Origin: Chiloscyllium plagiosum
Taxonomy: Eukaryota
Direction: 5' to 3'
Assembly (NCBI RefSeq): GCF_004010195.1
Contig: NC_057719.1
Coordinates: 35,278,137 to 35,333,655 of the forward strand
Length of the DNA stretch: 55,519 bases
The notes beneath the pieces were generated by a model. It worked only from the letters and a program-made list of their open reading frames with translations. It ran no database searches and was not told where the DNA came from. Position numbers and translations under genes: made by a program. Positions 1-11,522 of this stretch are shown here, piece by piece; the first letter of the stretch is position 1, and every line of letters starts with the position of its first letter.

Positions 1-650
1 CCTGATACCAGGGAGACAACACACCATCCTGGAATCTTGCTTGTGGCCATACAAATGCATATCTGTGCCCCTAAAGAAGACCCTATCATTGCTACTTGCC
101 TACACTTCAAACCTCCCGGCTATACAAAAGAGCCAGTTGTGTTGCCACTGATCTGACTGCTACTGTTGTTTTCTTGTGAGAGGTCATTCTCTCTAAAGTA
201 TCCAAGGATGTGTATCTGTTTGAGAGAGGAATGGCCACAATAGTCTGCTGCACGGCCAAACTTACTAGTCTTCCTGGTGATCATCCAACTCTTTTTTTTG
301 GTCTGTGTAGCCTTTACTAGTAGTGTGACCAACTCACTGAAATACGAGTCATGACATTCTCAGCCTCAAGAATGTACCATGGTGAATCCATATGCAGCTC
401 CAGGTGCTACATGTGGCAATCGGGAGATGCAGCTGATGCACCTCCCACATGCATAGTCATCATGGATACTTAAATTTGGGCACCAAATTGTACACAGTTC
501 CCTAGGTACAGCCTCTATAGTTGTGACAAAATTTGCCTATTTTTAAACTCCAGCAATAAAGGCCAAAATTCCATTTGCCTTCTTAATTACTTGCTGCACA
601 CGATGCTAACCTTTTTTGTGCTTAATGCACACGATCACGTAAATCTCACT
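1..650 (-). mobile_element. Degraded CR1 LINE fragments (ORF1 esterase-like region, then an RT remnant)
   Basis: The minus strand at 1-30 encodes RMVCCLPGIR, the CR1 ORF1 motif also seen at ~26750-26780. Positions 470-650 resemble CR1 RT C-terminal sequence. Confidence 0.6.
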
Positions 651-1249
651 CTATTGTATTAAGGGGAAAGGAAAGGGCAGGACTTATCCAAAGTGTATGG
701 ATCCAGAAGATATAGCTGAGGCTTTAAATGAATACTTTGCATTACTATTGAGAAATATAATATGGGTATGGAAATCAGGGAAGAAAACTGTGATATTCTT
801 AAAATACAATTGAGAAAGAAGAGTTTTTGTGGTTTATGCAGGTTTAAAATTGAACAGATCTCCAAGTCCCAATGAGTTAGGCTGCAGCAGGCAAGGTGAG
901 ATTACAGGCGTCCTGACATTTATTTTCAAATCTTCTCTGGCCACATGGAGATGCCAGGGACTGGAGGACTGTTGATGTACCATTTTTCAAGAAGGATGAT
1001 AGGGATAAACGTGGGAATGATAGGCCCATGAGTTTAACATCAGTGGTAAGGAAACTTTTGGAAAAACCTCTGAGGGACCAAATTAATCTCTACTTGGAGA
1101 GGCAAGGATTAATCAGGGATAGTCAGTATGTCTTTGTCAGAGGGTGATCACATCTGACAGATTTGATTTGAGTTTTTTAAGAAGGTTATTAGTTGGAAGA
1201 GTGTAGTGTTGTTGATGTACTCTACATAGAATTCAATAACAACTTTTTA

Positions 1250-1540
1250 AAAAATTCATTCACAAAATTTTTTCCTTATCCTTAATTGTCCAGAAAACAG
1301 TTAGGAATCAACCAGATTGCTGTGGGTCATGTGTAGGCTATACCAGGTAAGGATGGCAGATTCCCAAAAGGATATTAGTGAATTAGATAGGTTTTCCTCC
1401 AGCAATTCGCAATGGCTTCATTAAACCTTTAACTCCAGAGTTTTATTGAATTCAAATTTTACCATAAACAATGGCAGGATTTGAACCTGGATCTCTGGAT
1501 TAATAATCAAGTGATAACAATTTGCCATCACCTCCCCTCC
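1250..1540 (-). mobile_element. DeuSINE (SacSINE1-like), tRNA-derived
   Basis: The minus strand has a tRNA-like head with B box GGTTCAAATCC (~1476-1487) and a Deu-domain-like core (CACTAATATCCTTTTGGGAATCTGCCATCCTTACCTGG...CCCACAGCAATCTGGTTGATT). Confidence 0.65.
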
Positions 1541-1620
1541 CTTCTGACACACATTGCATGGGAGATTCTTTAAGAAGGTAAGTCCCATGGGATCCAGGGA
1601 AATTTGGAAAATTGGATTTA

Positions 1621-1794
1621 GAGCTGAAAAATGTGTTGCTGGAAAAGCACAGCAGGTCAGGCAGCATCCAAGGAGCAGGAGAATCGACATTTCGGGCGAT
1701 TCTCCTGCTCCTTGGATGCTGCCTGACCTGCTGTGCTTTTCCAGCAACACATTTTTCAGCTCTGATCTCCAGCATCTGCAGTCCTCACTTTCTC
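1621..1794. mobile_element. 174-bp Penelope-terminus (pLTR) fold-back insertion with 13-bp TSD
   Basis: Perfect 66-bp inverted arms (1621-1686 and 1697-1762), a 10-nt loop and a 32-nt tail. TSD AAAATTGGATTTA at 1608-1620 and 1795-1807. The same sequence family forms the termini of the PLEs at 3726 and 9957. Confidence 0.9.
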
Positions 1795-2327
1795 AAAATT
1801 GGATTTATAATGGACTTGGTAGGAGGAGGCAGAGGCTAACTGTTAAAGATTGATTTTGTGACTGGAAGTCTGTGTCCACCTGCATGCTGTAGGAATTGGC
1901 ACTGTGTCCTTTGCTGTTTGTAGTGTAAATTATTTATCTAAACACAAATTGAGCAGGTTTGATTTGTAAGTTCATAGATAACATGAAAAGTGGTGGTGTG
2001 GTAAATAGCGAGAAGGAAAGCTTTGGACTGTACGTTATGTAGACAGTTGGTCAGATAGGCAGAATGGTGGCAAATGGAATTTAACCCTGAAAAAGTGAGG
2101 TGATGGTAGGACGAACATGGAAAATTATTATGTAATGAATGAAAGGACCCTAAAACATAAAGAGAATTAGGGCGACTTTGGTGTGCACACCTACAAATCC
2201 TTGACGGCAACTGTTGAAGTGGAAAAGGTACTTAAGGCATATACTATACTTGCTTTTATTAGTCAAGACATTGAATACAAGAGCAGAGAGGTTACGATGC
2301 CTTGGACCAAACATGGACATCAAATAA

Positions 2328-2872
2328 TGTAACTTGGTAATATGTAAATATCATACAGTTGATTGGATGATATCAAAATGGTAAAAAGCAAGCTAAAGCT
2401 GAGGTCAGAGTTCATTAAAGTGGGAGATAAGCCTCTCTCTCCCAGCAGATATAAGCAAGTCCTAAGTTCATTAATCAAGCAACATGGAAAAAAATCCTCA
2501 CTATAAAAAACCCTTGCCTCAGAGCAAAATTAGCTAGCACAGAGAAAACATTGGTTAATCACTCACTAGAAGTTGAGACTGAACCAGCTAATTGTCTGTT
2601 CTAGTCTGATACTTGGACAAGTCCATGTTCAAGGGTTCACTTGTGATTGTAAACATTAAGTGGGTAATATTTTTGCAGTATTTGTTTTCTAGTTCATGAA
2701 AATAAAGAACATTGAATATATTCTATTGTTAGAAATGTCTTGGGTCATTTATATTCAGAGTAAACCTGACTGACTTTGAAAAGTGGGAAGAAAAGGCCAC
2801 ATACGGTATTTGGGAGTCGTAGCAAAACTGCAGTCACTGGGAGTCTGGGGAAAAATACTGTTGGTTGTGACA
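2328..2872 (+). mobile_element. Possible solo LTR
   Basis: TGTAAC...GTGACA termini, TATAAAA at ~2502 and AATAAA at 2701. No matching TSD was seen. Confidence 0.35.
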
Positions 2873-3725
2873 AACGTAGAATTAAGGAAGGTGGTATGAT
2901 TATTGGACGTCAATTGTCTCAGTTCTGGGATGTCACTGCAGGAGTTCCCCGAGTAGTGCTCTCAGCCCAGATATCACCTGGTGTTTCATCAATAAACATA
3001 AGGTCAGAAGTTGGGATTCGGTGTCCAATGCAGCAAGACCTAAACAGCATTCATCACAGGTTTATAAGCAGCAAATAACGTTTGCAGCACACACAAAAGT
3101 TCTAATAACCATCTCCAAAAAAAGAGAATCTAAACATCACCCCTTGACATTTAGGCATTGCTGCTCCTGAATCCTAGTAGGTGCTGAGTGCCAACTCCTG
3201 TTCCTATGTTCCTGAGCAATCACTAATCCTAGGATTTACTGTTGATGGGAAACTGAACTGGACCAACCACATAAATACTGTGGCTACAAGAGCAGGTCAC
3301 AGTCTAGGAATTCTGAATTTATCTTTACTGTTTCTAATGACTGAGCACCATCTACAAAGCACAAGTCAGGAGTGTAAAGGAATAATCTGCACTCTCCCAG
3401 ATTGGTACTAGTTCAGCAATACACAAAGCTGTCAGTACCTAAAGAAAAACAGCCAGCTTGATTGATATGGAGCCACCACTTTCAACATTCACTGCCTTGA
3501 CCACTGACCCACAGTGTAGCAGTGTGCATCATCTACACGTTCCACTACAGCAACCCACCAAGGCTTGTTTGACAATGCGTTCAAACCTTTGCCCTTGATT
3601 ACCTAGATGGGCAAAAGCTTGGAAATAGCACCAGCTTACCTCCAAGCCATCTAGTCTCCTTCCTCTGGAATATATTAACATTCAATAGAATAGAATAGCC
3701 TTTATTGTCACATATACTCAATGAG

Positions 3726-5919
3726 GCAAAAGTGAGGACTGCAGATGCTGAAAACCAGAGTTTAGATCAGAGTGGTGCTGGAAAAGCAAAGCAGGTCAGG
3801 CAGCATCCGAGAAGCAGGAAAATCAACATTTCGGGCAAAAGCCCTTCATCAAGAGTAGAGGCAGGAAGCCTCCAAGGTGGAAAGATAAATGGGGGGTGGG
3901 GGTCGGGGGAGAAAGTAGCGAAGAGTTCAATAGGTNNNNNNNNNNNNNNNNNNNNNNNNNNNNNNNNNNNNNNNNNNNNNNNNNNNNNNNNNNNNNNNNN
4001 NNNNNNNNNNNNNNNNNNNNNNNNNNNNNNNNNNNNNNNNNNNNNNNNNNNNNNNNNNNNNNNNNNNNNNNNNNNNNNNNNNNNNNNNNNNNNNNNNNNN
4101 NNNNNNNNNNNNNNNNNNNNNNNNNNNNNNNNNNNNNNNNNNNNNNNNNNNNNNNNNNNNNNNNNNNNNNNNNNNNNNNNNNNNNNNNNNNNNNNNNNNN
4201 NNNNNNNNNNNNNNNNNNNNNNNNNNNNNNNNNNNNNNNNNNNNNNNNNNNNNNNNNNNNNNNNNNNNNNNNNNNNNNNNNNNNNNNNNNNNNNNNNNNN
4301 NNNNNNNNNNNNNNNNNNNNNNNNNNNNNNNNNNNNNNNNNNNNNNNNNNNNNNNNNNNNNNNNNNNNNNNNNNNNNNNNNNNNNNNNNNNGAGGTGGCA
4401 GAAATGTCGGCGGATGATATGGTTAATGCGAAGGTTGGTAGGGTGGAAAGTGAGGACCAGGGGGGTTCTGTCCTTGTTATGGTTGGAGGGGTGGGGTTTA
4501 AGGGCGGAGGTGCGAGATGTGGACGAGATACATTGGAGGGCATCTTCAACCACGTGAGAAGGGAAATTGCGATCTCTAAAGAAGGAGGCCATCTGGTGTG
4601 TTCTGTGGTTGAACTAGTCCTCCTGGGAGCAGATACGGTGGAGGTGGGGGAATTGGGAATACGGGATGGCATTTTTGCAGGAGGTGGGTTGGGAAGAGGT
4701 GTAATCCAGGTGGCTGTGGGAGTTGGTGGGTTTGTAAAAAATGTCAGTGTCAGGTCGGTTATCATTAATGGAGATGGAGAAGTCCAGGAAGGGGAGGGAG
4801 GTGTCAGAGATGGCCCAGGTGAATTTAAGGTCGGGGTGGAATGTGTTGGTGAAGTTGATGAACTGCTCAACCTCCTTGTGGGAGCATGAGGTGGCGCCAA
4901 TGCAGTCATCAATATAGCAGAGGAAGAGGTGGGGAGTGTTGCTGGTGTAACTACGGAAGATGGACTGTTCTCCGTAGCTGACAAAGAGACAGGCATACCT
5001 GGGGCCCATATGGGTGCCCATGGCTACCCCTTTGGTATGGAGGAAGTGGGAGAATTTGAAGGAGAAATTGTTGAGGGTGAGGACCAGTTCAGCCAAACAA
5101 ATGAGAGTGTCAGTGGAAGGCTACTGTTGGGGATGTCGGGAGAGGAGGAAACAGAGGGCTTGGAGACCCTGGTCATGGCGGATGGAGGTGTAGAGGGACT
5201 GACTATCCATGGTAAAGATGAGGTGTTGGGGGCCGGGGAAACTGAAGTCTTGGAGGAGGTGGAGGGCGTGGGTGGTATCTCGAACATATGTGGAGAGTTC
5301 CTGGACTAGGGGGGAATAGAACAGTATCAATGTAGGTGAAGATGTGTTCGGTGGGGCAGGAGCAGGCTGAGACAATGGGTCGGCCGGGGTTGTCAGGCTT
5401 GTGGAGCTTGGGAAGAAGGTAGAATCGGGCGGTGCGGAATTCCCAGACTACGGAACTGGAAGCTGTGGGTGGGAGATCTCCTGAGGTGATGAGTTGTGTA
5501 TGGTCTGGGAGATGATGGTTTGGTGATGGAGGTGGAGTCATGGTCGAGGGGGCGGTAGGAGGAGGTATCTTCGAGTTGGCGTCTGGCCTCAGCGATGTAG
5601 AGGTCAGTGTGCCAAACTACCACTGCACCCCCTTTATCTGCTGATTTGATGGTGAGGTTGGGATTGGAGCAGAGGGAGTGGAGAGCTGCGTGTTGTGAGG
5701 GTGAGAGGTTGGAGTGGGGGAGGGAGGTAGACAGTTTGAGATGGTTAATGTCTCAACAGCAGTTGGAAATGAAGAGATCGAGGGCGGCTAATAGGCCAGC
5801 ATGGGGTGTCCAGGTGGATGGAGTGTGTTGGAGGCGAGTGAATCCTCAGAAGGTGGGCGGGAGTCCTGATTGTAAAAGTAAACTCTGAGGCGGAGGCGGC
5901 GGAAGAAGTGCTCAACGTC
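3726..5919 (-). mobile_element. Penelope-like retroelement, 5'-truncated, frameshifted RT, with pLTR/tail at 3726-3852
   Basis: PLE RT motifs [46 protein letters not shown] and LPFLD occur in successive minus-strand ORFs. TSD ACTCAATGAG at 3716-3725 and 5920-5929. Confidence 0.93.
3936..4391. other. Assembly gap (456 N)
   Basis: Run of N inside the PLE, where the GIY-YIG domain would be expected. Confidence 0.99.
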
Positions 5920-6789
5920 ACTCAATGAGTTTAGTGAAAAGTTTATATGTCACCAATTACAGTGGCAACTTAGATACAAAAGTATCTAAGCACATCTTTT
6001 GTTACAAAATAAAATGTTCAGCATTACAGAGAAGAGTTGTTGGCACTTAGCTTCTAGTCCACACTGGGCTCTGGCTCCACACCGCGCTGGTGACACGCCA
6101 TGCTGGGAGGCCACTGCAGGAAGTTGGAAGGTCGCCATGCCAGCTGAAGGCCACTGCATGAGAGCACTGCTGCAGGAAGCTAGAAGATCATCTAGCCATG
6201 CCGAAAGGCCCCTACAGGAGGAGGCCACTGTATCAGATCTGGAGGTCGCCAATCCACGCCGGGAAGCCACTGCACCAGTTCAGGAGGTTGCCACCCCCGG
6301 CTGGGAGGTCACTCCACCTGGCAGCGAGTCATCACCGGCAGTTGAGGATCATTGCTCGCTGGAGGCGAGTGAACATTGTTCCACTTTTGCTGGGTCAAAA
6401 TCCTGAAATTAAGTTTTTAACAACAGTGAATATATCTATACCTCGAGACCTACAAGTGTTAAGAATGCAGTTTAGCAACTCCTTCTCGAGGGCATTAAAT
6501 GCTGGCCTAGAAAGCAGCATCCATATCCCAGAAACAAATTTCTAAAAGGTTGCACCAGCAATGCAGTACAAACACAATTTTGCTGTTTTGTGGTAGATAG
6601 AACATCTTTTGAATTGATGTTGACTTCCTGTTAGTGGAAAATACTACCCATAGCCACTAGGTACCCGCTTTGTCTTTCCAAGGTAATTTGAGATGGACTG
6701 AGTCCTTTTCAAGTCCAGAGGTGGTGGCCTTTGGTCCATTTGTGAGAAACTCTGGAAGCTCAGCATTTTACAGGATGAAGCAATCCACT

Positions 6790-7120
6790 TGAACAGCACT
6801 CCATGTTCAACTACAGGGGTTCTGTGGTTTCAGTGTGTACCATCTACTGAGTACACTGCCAGTTTCTCCCAAATCTGCAACTTCCAGTCCCTGGAAGGAC
6901 AAGAGCAGCAGGAACATGAAAATGCAATCACCTCCCAAGTTCTCCTTCAAGTTACAAGGCACAGCAATTTGGACACAAATCAGCATTTTCTCATTACCAT
7001 TCTGTTAAAGTCCTGAATGTGCTTCACCTTATGGACTGCATTTGTTGAAAAAGAAGACCCACAACCACTTCTGAAAGTGCCACAAGGGATAGCCAGTAAA
7101 TGTAAGTCTTGCAAGAGATA
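6790..7120 (+). mobile_element. Degraded 3' end of the old CR1/L2-group LINE
   Basis: Similar to 53650-54020 (CAGTGTGTACCATCTAC...CAACCACTTCTGAA). Confidence 0.5.
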
Positions 7121-7124
7121 CTCT

Positions 7125-7466
7125 AGCATGGTGGCTTAGTAGTTAGCACTGCTGCCTCAGAGCGCCAGGGACCCAGGTTTAATTCCAGTCTCGGGTAACT
7201 GTCTGTGTGAATGCTTGCACGTTCTCCCCATGTCTGCATGGGTTTCCTCCCGGTGCTCCAGTTTCCTCCCATGATCCAAAAGGTGTGCAGGTTAGGCAAT
7301 TTAGCATGGCCAATTCACCTATCATGTTCAGGGATGTGCAGGTTAGGTGCGTTAATCATGGAAAATGTACAGGGTAGGGAATGGGCTGAGTGCGTTACTG
7401 TTCAGAAGGTTAGTGTGGACTTGTCAGGCCAAATGGCCTGTTTCCACGCTGTAGGGATTCTGTGAT
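7125..7466 (+). mobile_element. HE1-like V-SINE
   Basis: tRNA head with A/B boxes, V-domain (TTGCACGTTCTCCCCATGTCTGCATGGGTTTCCTCC) and CR1-like tail. Confidence 0.85.
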
Positions 7467-7893
7467 CCCAATAATTGATTTTTAAAAAGTCAAATTTGTA
7501 AGAAGCGGTTTTGGAAAATTTTTTTGCATTCAATAGGTGGCAGTGAGAACAAAACTTACCATGTTGTTTCTCAACTACTTAATTTCCCATTTTAAACAAT
7601 TCTTTTGCGTATTTATTGAGCATACATATAATTTTGTAGAATATAATTAGTTTTTTTTAAACCATGGAGTATATGGCCATTCACAATAATATTTTGTTTT
7701 ATGGTGGTTACTGTAAAGTTATATGATCCTTAATTTAAAATGATGTTTAATGACCATTACGATTCTTTTACTTCGGATGCCATCTTCCAAAATTTATGCC
7801 AAACCATATCGGATACAAATACTGACACGATGAAAGTTAATTGGCTAATTGTTAAACAAGCAAAGTTTATTTCAGCATTAAAATTATCCACAG

Positions 7894-8079
7894 GCAATTC
7901 CTATACGACGCCAGATTCCTCCATATCCTGTGGAGCTGCCAAAGCTGAATGTTCCAGCTACAACAAAGATTGTTGCCTACCCAAATCAGACTTTAAAGTC
8001 TGTCTTTCCAACAGCATCAAGGGCTGAAAATGGAACTCTACCCCAAGTGCCATCTGTACAATACATTGGAAAAAGCAAG
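7894..8079 (+). CDS. MOK: MOK (MAPK/MAK/MRK overlapping kinase) penultimate coding exon, C-terminal non-catalytic tail
   Basis: ccacAG|GCA...AAG|GTATGA, 186 nt, phase 0-0, open: AIPIRRQIPPYPVELPKLNVPATTKIVAYPNQTLKSVFPTASRAENGTLPQVPSVQYIGKSK. It resembles the recalled human MOK segment RRGPAYVMELPKLKL...SYSSPTLQSV...NGRVP...ASKK. MOK is the convergent neighbour of WDR20 in human. Confidence 0.8.
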
Positions 8080-8599
8080 GTATGAAATTCATCTTTCGTT
8101 CAGCTCTAGTAAAAGGCTACATTTATTTTATCAAAAAATCCTAACCATTTTGTACTTCATGCTCACTTTAAAGATTTGAAACAGACATTTCAGGTTAGAG
8201 ATGATTTCACTGCCAGGATTCTAGTTTATTGGTTCCAATCAACAGTGGTACACTGCTTCATTTATATTTGGCATATTTCAATTATTTGCATAAAAGTGTA
8301 TATACCATGGGCAACCAGCTTAGTTAATCTGGCAAATTACAGGGACACTAACACCTTCAAATTATTTCCATTCGAATCCATTGCCGTTGCTATCTCCATT
8401 GCAGATTACAAGGCAATGCAGCTATTTTCATTTTGTCTACATTCCTGAAACATGAATTAATGAAAAATTCACAAGATCTTAAGAACTATATGTAAATGAA
8501 GATAAATCATGTATGTATAAATTAATTTTTTGGCACTGTTTGCTTTATCCTCTAACCTCTCCAAAAGATAAGGTAGTTATGCTAAACTATACTTCCGTC

Positions 8600-8880
8600 A
8601 CAGTTTAAGGATACAGAGTAGGCCATTTAGGACATGAGGAGAAATCTCTTCACCATGAGAATAGTGAGCCTGTGGAATTCTCTGCCACAGAAGGTGGTTC
8701 ACGCCAAAACATTGAATGTTCTCAAGGAGTTAAATATAGTTCCAAGGACTAAAGGGATCAAGTCGTATGAGGAGAAAGTGGAAAAAGCATTACTGAGATG
8801 GATCATCAGCAATAATCATATTGAATAGCAGAGGAAACTAAAAGGGCCAAAGTTCTGCTCCTATTTTCTGTGTTTCTAAG
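8600..8880 (+). mobile_element. CR1 3' end fragment
   Basis: MRRNLFTMRIVSLWNSLPQKVV, the CR1 ORF2 C-terminus, followed by a 3' UTR. Confidence 0.8.
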
Positions 8881-10847
8881 GTATGGTACCAGATGTAATG
8901 GTCCAATTGATTTGTTTTCATCTGAAAGTATTTTGTAACTGAGTGTATTCTTATCCTTACCAAGCATTTAAATGTGCATGTTTCCTGCAGCACATATGCA
9001 TAGTTTTCAGAAGCAGAAAGATTATTATAACAATGTAAGAAAAAGAGTAGTCAAGGTGCTTTAAAACAAAATAAGGAAATAGTAGACTTGTTTAATAATT
9101 TGTGGCAGTCTAATATGGCATTGGAGGGAAAGGATTACATATAGCTGATATCCCAGGAAAATTGATAATGATTCAAGGTCTGGAACTCATTTCAGTTAAT
9201 ATAGGCAGGCAAATAATATTAGAAAATATAATGGCAGTGAGATAGCCAAAAGCCTCAGAATTTAATGGTTTCCACCTCAGTGTTTTAAAGAAAGTAGATA
9301 ATAAAATTACAGTAGCTTTAGCCATAATCTTCCAAAATTCAACTGATTTAGAAGTTGTCCTTTTAGATCAAAAGTTACAAATCTTACTATGTATGAAAGG
9401 TGAGATAATGAAACTAGGAAATTATAGGTCTGTTTGTCTAAAATTTCTTAAGGTAACTTATTGTAATTAGCAACAATTACCTATTGTAATAAAGGGAATG
9501 ATGGAACACTAGAGAAATTGGAGGTGATTACAGATGGCCTGCCTTTTAGAAACAGTGAAATGGCCATGTTTAGTGAAGATGCATTTTTGTTATGATTGTG
9601 TGGAAATAAGATCCACATTAGAGGCAGTTAGCAAAAATCAGAGCTAATGGATATGAAGGCAAATTATCTATGGCTAGGAAATTGAATGTACAGTAGAAAA
9701 CTGAATTGCCTGGTGGTAAACAGAACATACAGTTCAGAAAGAGCAAATTTGGATTATCGAGTGAATGCTGCAAGTAATGGTGACCGCCGGGGTCGGTTCT
9801 GGACCTCTACTTTTTGTGATTTTTATGAATGACTTTGATGAGGAAGTGGAAGAGTGGGCTAGTAAGTTTGTTAATGACATGGAGATTGGTGGAGTTGTGG
9901 ATGGTGTAAAGAGCTGTTGTAGGTTGCAATGGGACATTGACAGGGTGCAGAACTGGGAGAAAGTGAGGACTGCAGATTCTGGAGATCAGAGTTGAAAAAT
10001 GTGGTACTGAAAAAGCACAGCCAGTCAGGAAGCATCTGAGGAGCAGGAGAGTTGACATATCAAGCATAAGCTCTTCATCGTGCGGGGGTGGGTGTTGGGC
10101 AAGGGGGCTGAGAGATAAATGGGAAGAGTGTGGGGCCAGGGGGAAGGTATCTGGGAATGTGATTTGTGGATGAAGGTGGGGGGTGATAGTGATAGGTCGG
10201 AGAGGAGGGGGGAGCGGATAGGTGGGAAGGGAGGTGGACAGATAGGACAGATCAAGAGGGCAGTGCCGTGTTAGAGGGTTGGATCTGGGATAAGGTGGGA
10301 GACATGGGAAATGAGGAAACTGGTGAAATCAACATGGATCCCATGTGATTGGCGGGTCCCAAGGCAGAAGATAAGGCATTCTTCCTGCAGGCGTCTGGTG
10401 GCTAGTGTTTGACCAAGTAGGAGGTCAAGTACTTGCATGTCCTTGGCAGAGTGGGAGGGGGAGTTGAAGTGTTCAGCCACAGGACGGTGGGATTGATTGG
10501 TGTGTGTGTGTGTGTCCCAGAGATGTTTTCTGAAACGTTCTGCAAGTTGGCGTACTGTCTCTCCAATGTAGAGGAGACCACATGAAGAGTAACATAAATA
10601 CATGTGTAGAAGTACAGGTAAATCACTGTCAGATGGAAAGGATCCACTGGGGCCTTGGGCAGAGGTGAGGGTGGAGGTGTGGGTGCAGGTTTTGCCCTTC
10701 TTGCAGTGGCAAGAGAAGGTGCCAGGAATGGAGGGTGTGTTCGTGGGTGGTATGGACCTAACAAGGGAGCCGGGAAGGGAATGGTCTCTGCGGAAAGAGA
10801 TAGGGGTGGGGAGGGAATTATATCCCTCGTGATGGGGTCTGTTTGTA

Positions 10848-11176
10848 GGCCGGCATGGTGGCTCAGTGGTTAGCACAGCTGTCTCACAGTGCCAGGGGCC
10901 CAGGTTCAATTCCAGCCTCAGGCAATTGTCTATGTGGAGTTTGCACATTTTCCCCATGTCTGCGTGGGTTTCCTTCCGGTTTCCTCTCATGGTCCAAAGA
11001 TGTGCAGGTTAGATGAATTGGCTATGCTAAATTGCCCATGGTATCATGGGAAATGTAGAGTAATCAGATAGGGGAAAGGGTCTGGGTGGGATAGTCTTCA
11101 GAGGGTCAGTGTGGACTTGTTGGGCCAAATGGCCTGATTCTACACTGTAGGGATTCTCTGATAATCTTCTATGATT
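10848..11176 (+). mobile_element. HE1-like V-SINE
   Basis: A box TGGCTCAGTGG, B box GGTTCAATTCC, V-domain and CR1-like tail. Confidence 0.9.
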
Positions 11177-11204
11177 AGAAATGGCAGAGGGTTGTATCCA
11201 GAGG

Positions 11205-11522
11205 TTAGATTAGATTAGATTACTTACAGTGTGGAAATAGGCCCTTCGGCCCAACAAGTCCACACCGCCTCGCCGAAGCGCAACCCACCCATACCCCTAC
11301 ATTTACCCCTTACCTTACACTACGGGCAATTTAGCATTGCCAATTCACCTAACCTGCACATCTTTGGATTGTGGGAGGAAACCGGAGCACCCGGAGGAAA
11401 CCCACGCAGACACGGGGAGAATGTGCAAACTCCACACAGTCAGTCGCCAGAGGTGGGAATTGAACCCGGGTCTCTAGCGCTGTGAGGCAGCAGTGCTAAC
11501 CACTGTGCCACCGTGCCGCCCA
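11205..11522 (-). mobile_element. HE1-like V-SINE, young subfamily with (TCTAA)n tail
   Basis: Near-identical reverse complement of 32475-32787. Confidence 0.92.

Larger units (their letters stand above)
660..2300 (+). mobile_element. Degraded CR1 ORF2 (RT), interrupted by a DeuSINE and a Penelope-terminus hairpin
   Basis: Frameshifted CR1 motifs (EALNEYFA, RPMSLTSVVRKLLEK, HGIQGNLENWIYN, WQMEFNPEK). Confidence 0.8.
3683..6371 (-). mobile_element. ~490-bp non-autonomous retroelement (3683-3725 plus 5930-6371) with GC-rich internal repeats, interrupted by a PLE
   Basis: Minus-strand 3' end TGACAATAAAGG(CTATT)3, a 9-bp stem-loop at 5969-5990, repeated CAGTGGCCT/GGCGACCT units, and candidate TSD AACATT at 3677-3682 and 6372-6377. 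Confidence 0.6.
2885..6535 (+). mobile_element. Old CR1/L2-group LINE 3' portion (2885-3682 plus 6378-6535), split by nested insertions
   Basis: RT remnants (AGVPRVVL, KLNWTNHINTVATRAG) and a 3' tail (GGGTCAAAATCCTG...TAAATGCTGGCC) shared with copies at 6790, 51190 and 53455. Confidence 0.65.

Noticed and set aside
3705..4996. Long ORFs of 394, 409, 221 and 173 aa
   Set aside because: Inflated by the 456-N gap. The rest is mostly antisense or off-frame reading of the PLE.
5986..6545. 135-aa repetitive ORF (EATA...EVATP) as a novel gene
   Set aside because: It arises from GC-rich internal repeats of a retroelement, with no splice signals or recognisable homology.
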